Positions 1-8,700 of a stretch of 24,724 nucleotides of DNA are shown piece by piece. How positions within the stretch are numbered: position 1 is the stretch's first letter; each line of letters opens with the position of its first letter. Source of the stretch: a virus (lineage: Duplodnaviria > Caudoviricetes); IMG/VR virus record IMGVR_UViG_3300009154_000264, positions 1 to 24,724 of that record. The stretch is one strand, 5' to 3'. Below the pieces are notes generated by a model. It was not told the DNA's origin, did no database searches, and was given only the letters and a program-made list of their open reading frames with translations. The translations under genes were made by a program, and so were the position numbers.

Positions 1-1062
1 GCTGCTGAATCTGTTTATACAACACCATATTTTTTTCCAACAGCAACGGGGTTTTCTGCTAGTACAGGTTTTTTTGGGGCTGGTTCAACAATCATCTACA
101 TAGCAATACGCCGTGGGCCAATGGCAACGCCTACGGATGCGACTAAAGTGTTTAGTCCAATTGCATACACCGGCAATGGTGCGGCAAACCAAGCCATTAC
201 AACTGGTTTTGTTCCTGATGTGGTTTGGTGGAAGAAGCGTAGTTCTACAACAAACTGGAGAAGCGCAACTTTATTGGCAGGGGTCAATGCTGCTTTGTCT
301 CAAAATTTAACTGCTGCAGAAGAAGTTAACGCACCGTATTACATTGCTTCATATCAAAATACAGGTTTTACCTACGGTAGTTCTGATGCCTCTTATAACA
401 CTTCTGGGCAAACATATATTGCAGATGGGTTTAGCCGCGCCCCCGGCTTCTTTGATGTGGTTTGTTATACAGGAACTGGAAGCGCAACAACTCAAGCACA
501 CAATTTAAGCGTTGTTCCTGAGTTAATGATTGTAAAAGCAAGAGGGCCATCTGGGAGTTCAACACAATGGCGTGTTTACAGTAGTGCAACTGGCGCAACA
601 CAATCAGCACGATTAAATCAAACTGATGCTTTTGGCACGAACACAGCCGCTTGGAATAGTACAGCACCTACATCTTCTGTTTTTACTGTTGGAACTGATA
701 CAAGTACAAACGAACCAGCTTTTACTTTTGTAGCTTACTTATTTGCCACTTGTGCAGGCGTTTCAAAAGTAGGTTCATACACAGGTAATGGCACAACCCA
801 AACCATTAACTGCGGGTTTACCGGCGGCGCTAGGTTTGTGCTTATTAAGCGCACCGATAGCACTGGTGATTGGTATGTTTACGACACAGCCCGTGGCATG
901 ACTACACTGACAGACCCATATTTGCTGTTAAATTCTTCAGCGGCTGAATCGGCTACGCTTGGCTCAGTTACAACGGTTTCAACTGGGTTTGCGTTGAATT
1001 CAACTATCCTAGCTGCCATCAATGTATCTGGCGGCACTTACATTTTCCTCGCAATAGCATAA
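1..1062 (+). CDS. Tail fibre / receptor-binding protein built of tandem ~100-aa beta repeats (5'-truncated)
   Basis: Frame 1 is open from base 1 (AAESVYTTPYFFP...IYIAIRRGPM), so the ATG at 121 is internal. Repeats carry YTG(N/T)G...(P/R)xxxxxKxR...W...YxxxxF motifs. The protein is T/S/G-rich, ends GTYIFLAIA, and lies directly upstream of a tail assembly chaperone. Confidence 0.75.
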   Translation, partial: AAESVYTTPYFFPTATGFSASTGFFGAGSTIIYIAIRRGPMATPTDATKVFSPIAYTGNGAANQAITTGFVPDVVWWKKRSSTTNWRSATLLAGVNAALSQNLTAAEEVNAPYYIASYQNTGFTYGSSDASYNTSGQTYIADGFSRAPGFFDVVCYTGTGSATTQAHNLSVVPELMIVKARGPSGSSTQWRVYSSATGATQSARLNQTDAFGTNTAAWNSTAPTSSVFTVGTDTSTNEPAFTFVAYLFATCAGVSKVGSYTGNGTTQTINCGFTGGARFVLIKRTDSTGDWYVYDTARGMTTLTDPYLLLNSSAAESATLGSVTTVSTGFALNSTILAAINVSGGTYIFLAIA

Positions 1063-1071
1063 GGACACATC

Positions 1072-1554
1072 ATGGAAATCCGAATCAGAGAAACCGGCGC
1101 AGTCGTATTCCAAAACGAATTCCGCGCTTACGCCCAGACGCAAGGAGCCATTTTTGGTGAGCCCTTGACCGAGGAGTTTATTAACCAATACGGCGGTGAC
1201 ATCGTGCTGGAAGGCCCACAATCCACAGGTGGAACACACTACCAATACTCAATGCGCAGCGGCGTAGAGCAGATCGACGGTAAATGGTACACCAAGTACA
1301 TCCTTGGCCCCGTATTTGTTGACGGGGAAACCACTGCTGCCGAACAAGAAGCTGCATACCACGCCGCCAAGGACACTGAGCAAGCCACAAATGTGCGTTC
1401 TACCCGCACACAACTGCTCAAGGACAGCGACTGGACGCAGCTTACCGACAGCACCGCAGACAAAGCAGCATGGGCAACCTATCGCCAAGCCCTGCGCGAT
1501 GTACCAAGTCAGTCAAGCTTCCCGTGGGATATTACTTGGCCTGACGCGCCCTAA
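1072..1554 (+). CDS. Phage tail (fibre) assembly chaperone
   Basis: The C-terminal RTQLLKDSDWTQLTD...AWATYRQALRDVP.Q..FPWDITWP is the typical tail-assembly-chaperone signature. An AAGGA RBS lies upstream and the gene follows the fibre gene. Confidence 0.85.
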   Translation: MEIRIRETGAVVFQNEFRAYAQTQGAIFGEPLTEEFINQYGGDIVLEGPQSTGGTHYQYSMRSGVEQIDGKWYTKYILGPVFVDGETTAAEQEAAYHAAKDTEQATNVRSTRTQLLKDSDWTQLTDSTADKAAWATYRQALRDVPSQSSFPWDITWPDAP

Positions 1555-1564
1555 CAGGTGAGCT

Positions 1565-2038
1565 GTGATAGACCCAATTACCGCTTTCGCCACAGCCCAA
1601 GCGGCGGTAAAAGGCGTCCAAGCTGCCATTAAATTAGGCAAGGACATCCACACCATCACTGGCGAGGCCATGAAGTTCTTTGAGGCCAAGGATGTTGTCC
1701 AGCGGGCAGCGTCCAAGCCAAAGACGGGGTTTGCGGGATCGGACACGGCGCAGGCTTTTGAGATCGTCATGCAGGCCAAGAAGTTGGATGACGCTGAGAA
1801 GGAACTGAATCAGTGGCTTGTGCTTAATGGTCATGCGGATGTTTGGCAGCAGCTACTCATCACCAGAAACGACTTGATCCAAAAGCGCAAAGCGCAGGAA
1901 ATCTTGGACGAGAAGAACGCAGCGGCTAAGAAAAAAGAGATGGATGAGCTAATCAACTGGCTCCTTGGTGGCGCAATTGTTATTTTGGTTTTGGGCCTTG
2001 TCTTTTGGTGGCTCACACTTTTGCTGGAGAAACACTGA
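1565..2038 (+). CDS. Hypothetical membrane protein (N-terminal amphipathic helices, coiled coil, C-terminal TM helix), possibly lysis-associated
   Basis: GTG start after AGGTGAG. N-terminus MIDPITAFATAQAAVKGVQAAIK and hydrophobic C-terminus WLLGGAIVILVLGLVFWWLTLLL. Its stop overlaps the next start (TGATG). Confidence 0.7.
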   Translation: MIDPITAFATAQAAVKGVQAAIKLGKDIHTITGEAMKFFEAKDVVQRAASKPKTGFAGSDTAQAFEIVMQAKKLDDAEKELNQWLVLNGHADVWQQLLITRNDLIQKRKAQEILDEKNAAAKKKEMDELINWLLGGAIVILVLGLVFWWLTLLLEKH

Positions 2039-2532
2039 TGTTTGAAATGCTTAGCGGTGGTATTTTTGGCTCCCTCCTTGGGGGCATTTTTCGTTTGGCT
2101 CCAGAGGTGATTAAGTTCTTTGATAAAAAGAACGAGCGCGACCATGAGCTGCTTATGTTTGGTCAGCAATGCCAACTGGAGACTTTGCGGGGCCAGCAAA
2201 AACTAGCCGAGATTGGCGCGCAGCGGGAAGCCACAGTAGATGCTGGGGTCATGAATGCGTTTAACTCCGCAATAGAACAGCAAACCGAAATGGTCAAAGC
2301 CGCAGGCGGCTGGGTTGCTAGCTTGTCAGCATCTGTGCGTCCCATAGTTACATACTGGATTTTGTTCATCTGGAGTTTCATTCACGTTTGGTTTTCTTGG
2401 AATGCGTGGGTTACCGGATCCCCGCCAGATGTGGTGTTTAAACTAATGATGTCCGGCGACTTCTCTGCATTGGTATCTGGCACATTAAACTATTGGTTCC
2501 TTGACCGCACCTTGGCAAAGCGTGGGCTATGA
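2038..2532 (+). CDS. Putative holin (3-TM type)
   Basis: Likely start is ATG 2038 (TGATG coupling, GGAG RBS), not 2005. It has a hydrophobic N-terminus, a central coiled coil, S-V-R-P-I-V-T-Y followed by TM segments, and a C-terminal YWFLDRTLAK, resembling 3-TM/GTA-release holins. It is coupled (ATGA) to the endolysin. Confidence 0.6.
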   Translation: MFEMLSGGIFGSLLGGIFRLAPEVIKFFDKKNERDHELLMFGQQCQLETLRGQQKLAEIGAQREATVDAGVMNAFNSAIEQQTEMVKAAGGWVASLSASVRPIVTYWILFIWSFIHVWFSWNAWVTGSPPDVVFKLMMSGDFSALVSGTLNYWFLDRTLAKRGL

Positions 2533-2972
2533 ACTTGGATATCGCAGCGGCACTGTGTAAACAGTTTGAGGGGTTTAAGGGTAAACCCTACCTCTGCCCT
2601 GCGGGTATTCCTACCATTGGGTATGGGTCTACCTATTACGCAAGTGGTGCAAAGGTTGCACTAACTGATCCACCAATATCAGAACCAGAGGCAGCACAAC
2701 TGCTTCTTCACGAACTGCAATACACTTTCCTTCCCGGTGTATTACGTAACTGCCCAATCCTGCTAACAGATGAGCCTAAGTGCAACGCCATAGTTGACTT
2801 TGCCTATAATTTGGGTGTAGGTAGGTTGCAGACAAGCACACTCAAGCGTAAAATAAACGAACAAGACTGGGATGGCGCAAAAGAGCAGTTAATGCTGTGG
2901 ACAAAGGGCGGCGGGAAAGTCTTGCCGGGGTTGTTTAAACGCAGAACTGCGGAGTGCAAATTGCTGGACTAA
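2529..2972 (+). CDS. Endolysin, GH24 phage lysozyme
   Basis: Catalytic triad pattern E14-X8-C23-X5-T29 (FEGFKGKPYLCPAGIPTIGYG), plus DFAYNLGVG, STLKRKIN and W.K.GG.VLPGL..RR.AE motifs. Confidence 0.93.
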   Translation: MNLDIAAALCKQFEGFKGKPYLCPAGIPTIGYGSTYYASGAKVALTDPPISEPEAAQLLLHELQYTFLPGVLRNCPILLTDEPKCNAIVDFAYNLGVGRLQTSTLKRKINEQDWDGAKEQLMLWTKGGGKVLPGLFKRRTAECKLLD

Positions 2973-2975
2973 CCT

Positions 2976-5060
2976 ATGCCGCTACAAAAGTTGATTTTTA
3001 AACCCGGGGTAAACCGTGAAAATACCCGCTACTTGAATGAAAGTGGCTGGTACGAAAGCGACAAGATCCGGTTTCGCCAAGGAACCCCCGAGAAAATTGG
3101 CGGGTGGATTCAGTATTCTACGTCTACATTCCTTGGGGTTTGCCGCAACCTGTGGAACTGGATTACCACTGCAAATGTTAATTATGTATCTTTGGGTACA
3201 AACCTTAAGTTTTACATTACTTATGGCAACACGTACTTTGACATCACCCCTGTACGTTTAACTGCAACACTGGGAGCAAACCCTTTTGCAACCAACACCG
3301 CCACCAACTCGGGCGGCAAAACCACAATTACTGTAACGCATACAGCACACGGCGCTATTGTCAACGACTTTGTAAGTTTTTCTGGGGCCACTGCGGTTGC
3401 TAGCGTCACGGTCAGCGGGTCTTACCAAATTCTTACAGCACCAAACGCTAACACATACACCATCCAAGCTACCGGCACAGCAACAAGTTCTACGACCGGC
3501 GGAGGCAGCGCTGTAGTCGCAACCTATCAAATTAATACTGGCCCCGCAATCCAAGTGCCGTTCTATGGCTGGGGTGCTGGCCCTTGGGGATTTGGAACTT
3601 GGGGTAACGGATCCACCGTTAAAACTGACTTACGTCTGTGGGATGCGTATAACTTCGGCGAAAACCTACTGTATGGCCCAAAGGGTGGCGGTCTTTATTA
3701 TTGGCAGGTAAGTAACACCACAGCCAATCCGGGCGTGCTTTTGAGTAGCTTGGGCGGCAACGTTACCATCACTATCGCATCTCCAGCGGTTGTTACATAT
3801 ACTACCGCACTAAAAGAAGGTACGGCTATTCAGTTTGGCACTACCGGCGCTCTTCCTACTGGGATTACCGCTGGCACCACTTATTACATCAACAACCTAG
3901 CAGGTTTAACGTCACAGCTTATAGATTCAAGCGGAAACACTATAAACACATCTGGCTCGCAGTCTGGCACCCAGTACATATCTAATCTAGTAGATGTGCC
4001 GGTCATTCAAAACAATATCTTGGTCTCGGATGCTTCTCGGTTTGTGTTTGTCTTTGGAACCAATAACTATGGCGGCACTGCAATTGACCCCATGTTAATT
4101 CGTTGGTCGGATCAGGAAAACCCATATGTTTGGACTCCCGATGCCACAAATCAAGCTGGCAGCATCCGCCTTTCTCACGGCTCGCAGATTGTTAGCGTCA
4201 TCCAAACCCGCCAAGAGGTGTTTGTTATTACCGATCAAGCGGTATATGGCTTGCAATATATCGGCACACCCTACGTATGGCAGACTCAAATTTTGGGCGA
4301 CAACATCTCCATCATGGGGCCAAACGCTGCAGCGCTGGCTTCTGGTGTCATTTACTGGATGGGTATTGATAAGTTTTACAAATATGATGGTCGCGTTCAA
4401 ACATTAAACTGCGATCTGCGTAAATATATCTTTAATGATATAAATTTGTATCAAAACCAGCAGGTATTTGCCAGCACTGTAGAGGCATTTAATGAGGTTT
4501 GGTGGTTCTATTGCTCAGCTAACAGCACGACAATTGATAAATATGTTGTGTATAACTATCTTGAAAATGTTTGGTACTATGGAACAATGGCCCGCACGGC
4601 TTGGATTGACTCGGGACTCCAACCCAGTCCGTTGGCTACAACCTACAACGGATACACAGTCCAGCATGAACAAGGAAATGATGACGTTGAGACAGGAACG
4701 CCAGCACCAATTTCCGCATATATCTCCTCCTCGGAATTTGACATCGGGGATGGAGATCATTACTCCTTTATATGGCGTGTACTTCCAGACTTGACCTTTA
4801 GTGGGACTACAAGTGGCTACACCGGTCAAACAACGATGACCTTGTATCCCATGCAGAACTCCGGCTCAGGAGCAAGTACCCCGGGCGTAATGGGCGTCAC
4901 CCAAAGCGCAAACTACAATATCACCGAAGAATTTACAGGCATCGTTTACACGCGCGTTCGCGGTCGCCAGTTAATCTTTAAGATGGGCAGTACCAATCTT
5001 GGAACCGCTTGGCAGTTAGGCGCACCAAGGATAGACCTGCGCTTAGATGGACGCCGTTGA
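2976..5060 (+). CDS. Tail nozzle / head-tail stabilisation protein (P22 gp10 or T7 gp12-like beta-propeller) with inserted beta domains
   Basis: 694 aa, beta-rich. The motifs KIRFRQGTPEKIGGW, LIRWSDQE...W....NQAGS.RL, YWMG..KFY.YDG, FNEVWWFY and VYTRVRGRQ are typical of podovirus-like tail proteins, and the gene sits before the ejection genes. Confidence 0.65.
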   Translation: MPLQKLIFKPGVNRENTRYLNESGWYESDKIRFRQGTPEKIGGWIQYSTSTFLGVCRNLWNWITTANVNYVSLGTNLKFYITYGNTYFDITPVRLTATLGANPFATNTATNSGGKTTITVTHTAHGAIVNDFVSFSGATAVASVTVSGSYQILTAPNANTYTIQATGTATSSTTGGGSAVVATYQINTGPAIQVPFYGWGAGPWGFGTWGNGSTVKTDLRLWDAYNFGENLLYGPKGGGLYYWQVSNTTANPGVLLSSLGGNVTITIASPAVVTYTTALKEGTAIQFGTTGALPTGITAGTTYYINNLAGLTSQLIDSSGNTINTSGSQSGTQYISNLVDVPVIQNNILVSDASRFVFVFGTNNYGGTAIDPMLIRWSDQENPYVWTPDATNQAGSIRLSHGSQIVSVIQTRQEVFVITDQAVYGLQYIGTPYVWQTQILGDNISIMGPNAAALASGVIYWMGIDKFYKYDGRVQTLNCDLRKYIFNDINLYQNQQVFASTVEAFNEVWWFYCSANSTTIDKYVVYNYLENVWYYGTMARTAWIDSGLQPSPLATTYNGYTVQHEQGNDDVETGTPAPISAYISSSEFDIGDGDHYSFIWRVLPDLTFSGTTSGYTGQTTMTLYPMQNSGSGASTPGVMGVTQSANYNITEEFTGIVYTRVRGRQLIFKMGSTNLGTAWQLGAPRIDLRLDGRR

Positions 5061-5698
5061 TGGCACAACTTCGCATCACAAACCCAGCGCCCCCCAATTT
5101 GCCATTGGGGACAAATGAGTACAGCCGCCAATACCAAGATCAATTTTCTAACGTCTTGCGTTTGTATTTCAACCAACTGTTTAATGCGCTAGCAGGCCTC
5201 TTAGGAACAGAGGGTGGCAAATACTTACAGAATACTTACGGCGCATTTTCAAGCAGCCAATCACAAACGACAACAGCTAATACGGCTACATTGATGACGC
5301 TTGACACCACGGATTTTTCCAATGGCGTAAGCATTTCAAGCTCAAAAATTACAGTAACTAGCCCCGGTATATACAACCTTCAGTTTAGCGCGCAGGTGCA
5401 AAATCTAGATAACGCTCCGCAAGACCTATTTATTTGGCTTAAACAAAACGGAACAGATATTGCCGGATCAACTGGAATAGTTGGTTTGCCTGCAAGGAAA
5501 AATCCCGGCGATCCTTTTCACGACATTAAAGGCTGGAATTATTATTTGTCTATGGCTGCAAATGATTACGTTCAAATCTATTGGTCAACAACCAGCGCCA
5601 ATGTATCTATTCAATTTTACGCTGCATCTGGCACACCAACCAAACCGTCTACCCAGTCAGTGGTAGCCACTTTATCATTTGTCTCGGCGCTCCAGTAA
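5060..5698 (+). CDS. Small virion protein (needle or short fibre-like) with C-terminal C1q/TNF-like beta domain
   Basis: Likely start is ATG 5060 (TGATG coupling). N-terminal PPNLP...EY...YQDQF.NVLRLYFNQL helix, then YGAFS...ITV...GIYNLQFSAQ...DYVQIYW, a C1q-like pattern. Confidence 0.55.
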   Translation: MAQLRITNPAPPNLPLGTNEYSRQYQDQFSNVLRLYFNQLFNALAGLLGTEGGKYLQNTYGAFSSSQSQTTTANTATLMTLDTTDFSNGVSISSSKITVTSPGIYNLQFSAQVQNLDNAPQDLFIWLKQNGTDIAGSTGIVGLPARKNPGDPFHDIKGWNYYLSMAANDYVQIYWSTTSANVSIQFYAASGTPTKPSTQSVVATLSFVSALQ

Positions 5699-5707
5699 TG
5701 ATAATAT
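5679..5707 (+). promoter_or_regulatory. Putative sigma70-type promoter upstream of the ejection-protein genes
   Basis: TTGTCT (5679-5684), a 17-bp spacer, then TAATAT (5702-5707) with TG at 5699-5700 (extended -10). It lies in the largest intergenic gap of the late operon and a GAGG RBS follows. Confidence 0.4.
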
Positions 5708-5735
5708 CGGATAATCCCCATTTTGAGAGGCAAAT

Positions 5736-8700
5736 ATGAGCCTACACGCACTAGCAAACCACATGGCTGCGCACGGTCGCAACGGCGATTCCATGCTTGT
5801 CCACATGACGCCCCGGGAAGTAAGCGGGCTACAGTCATTAGCAGTATCTCAAGGTAAGTCAATGACGATTAATCCACATACTGGATTACCGGAAGCAAGT
5901 TGGCTGGAAGATACGCTTAAAAAGATTCCAGCCCCAATTGCTGGCGCGGCACTTGCTTTTTTTGCTCCAGAGCTAATGGGAACGTTTGGCTCTACTTTAT
6001 TTGGTGCAGCAGAAGGCTCCGCAGCAGCAACCGCATTAGGCGCTGGCGCTACAGTTGGTGGGGTGACTGCACTAGGAACTGGCGATCTAGGCAAAGGTTT
6101 GCAAGCAGGCTTGGGCGCTTGGGGTGGGGCTGGGCTATATGGATCTTTAGCTGGCGACATAACCGGCGCTGAAGCTGGGATGGGATCTGTTGCAGATCAA
6201 TCCGCAGCTGAAAATGCAAGATTAATTAGAGCTGAAGCATCAAACCCAGAAAATATTCTATCCGGCAGGACTGCTGAAGATATTGCTGCTGAAATGCCAG
6301 CTACGGGAACTTCAGCGCTGCAAACAAAACTTGAAGCAGCCGCAGCTAATCCATTGAAATATGCCAAAGAAAATTGGAAACCAATTTTAGCGGCGTCTCT
6401 GCCTGTGTTGGCTGCAAACCAAACTACAACGCAAATGCCAGATACAAGTTCTGGCGCTGGATATATTCGCCCATATTATTTCAATCAATATACAAAACGT
6501 GTTGAAGCAAGGGCTCCGGTACTGGCATCAGAATGGGGGCAACGCTCATTCCCGACCGCCAAAGAAGGCGGCTTGATGTCTTTGGCTAAAGGCGGTATTG
6601 CAGGATACGCCCCGGGCGGTATGCCAACCGGTGATTTTTTTGATACACCAGCAGAGCCAGCAGCCTCAACAGCGCCTAAATTTACAGACCAGCAAATTCA
6701 AGATGCTATTAACACATCGCGTCAACAAGGGTTTAATAATGACCAAATCCTTCAAGGCGCGCAAGCTAATTTTGGCGTAGATGTAAGCCGTTTTTTAAAC
6801 CCAGTAACTCAGGTCACTGCCGCGCCAGCCGTATCTACAATTAATCCAGCCGCAATTAACCAGCTTGCATCAACAACTGCGCAAAATATTGGCGTTCAAA
6901 ATGCTGTGACATCTCCAATCATGGGAGGCGTTGCGCAATTGGCCCAACAAACGCTTGATCAAAACCCCAATGTAGTTACAGGAAATGCCTCTACTGCAGC
7001 AGTAGGAACTGGAATGGGAACTGGATTTGGCTCAACGACTGGCGGAATATCTGCTTTAAACCAGCAAACAAATAACTTAGCTGATCAAAACGCTGTCAAT
7101 ATCCAAACATCATTTGGAACTAACGCAAGCAATGCAAACAACGCAGGAATTGCAGCTTTAACACCAAGCGCAGATCAACAAGCACTTGCTCTTCAAGCCG
7201 CCCAAGCTGGTGTAAACGCTGGAAAAACACCAGCTCAAATTGCTGCTGAGGTAAACGCCCAGTATGGCAAAAACTTCACCGCGCAAAACATAACAGATTT
7301 TATTGCAGCCAATCGTATTGATCCGCAAGCTGGCTCTGATAAATATGTTTCTAATATTGCCGCCGCCGTTGCTGCAAACCCCAACGCTACCGCTGCACAA
7401 ATTCAAGCGGCTATGGTTGCAAATGGTTTGAATCCAGCTGATGTAGCAGCCGCTATGGAAAAGGCTGGGCTATCAAATGCCGCAGCTTATGCTGCAACTA
7501 GCCCCCAATTCCAAAGCACGCAAGCCGGTCAAACAGGATTGGCAGGTTTAAACGCCAACATTCAAGCTGCAATGGCAAATACCGCAGCAGTTAACCCAAA
7601 TGCCACAGCCGCACAAATTAGGGCTGTTTTAGCTAAATATGGCGCTAATGATGCCGACTTTAAACGCGCCATGGGAATGACTCCAGACGAGTGGGATGCA
7701 AAGTACGGCACAGGTACAGGTACGGGTACAGGTACCGTAATTAACGTTGGCACAGGAACTGGAACTGGAAAAGTAATTGTTGTTGGAACCGGAACGGGAA
7801 CCGGAACGGGAACAGGTACCGGTACAGGTACGACCAGAGGAACTGGAACTGGAACTGGAACCAGCTTAGCGCTTTTAACTGACACCAATAAAATACTGCC
7901 AATAGTTGATTTGGGCGGAGGCAATCTTGCTGTTATTAATGGAACTCAGGTTGCCACACAAACCGTCTCTACGCCAACAACTTTAAGCACAGCCAACCCG
8001 TTTGCTTTGCCAGTTGGCGTTGCAGGAAATCAAACTGCTACCATCAATCCAAATGGCACGGTGTCCATGACATCAGGGCAGCCCAATATGCCAGAGGGCG
8101 GGTATACAGGCATTCAATCCCTTGTAAATGCTTATACAAAGGGCGGAGGTAGCACTGGATATATTCCATACGCACCCAAAACAATGGCGGAATTTAACGC
8201 TAGATACGGAAACCAAACTGGCGGCTCCAAGCAGGCATATGACTACCTAATGGGTAAAGCACCATACCCAGTTATGCCGTTTACACCGCACGGTCAAGTT
8301 GCTGTACCTTATGGGCTACAAAGTGGTTTTGAGCAACCGGGGCCAAACAGCCGCTATCTCTATGATAAAAATGCTGGAACCTATAAGCCCAACCCTGACT
8401 ACGTTCCAGTAAGCTATGACAAGAATGGCAATATCCAATATGGAACTTCTCAAGGATCAATTGATTCATTCCTAGCTCAACAAGCAAGAAATCCAACCCT
8501 GACTGGTCAACAGTTGTATGACTGGATGACCACCAACAACATAACACCAGAGCAAGTTGCACAAGCGCGTGGCGTGCCATTATCGGATGTGCTTGCGCAA
8601 ATAGCTGCGTTTAAACCAAAAGATACTACAGCTACAGCTACAGCTACAACTACAGCTACAGCTACAGACACAGCCGTGGCAAAGAAAACATCTGCGGATA

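Noticed and set aside
1-1062. Tail fibre as a diversity-generating retroelement target
   Set aside because: No reverse transcriptase and no near-identical template repeat differing at adenines within the window.
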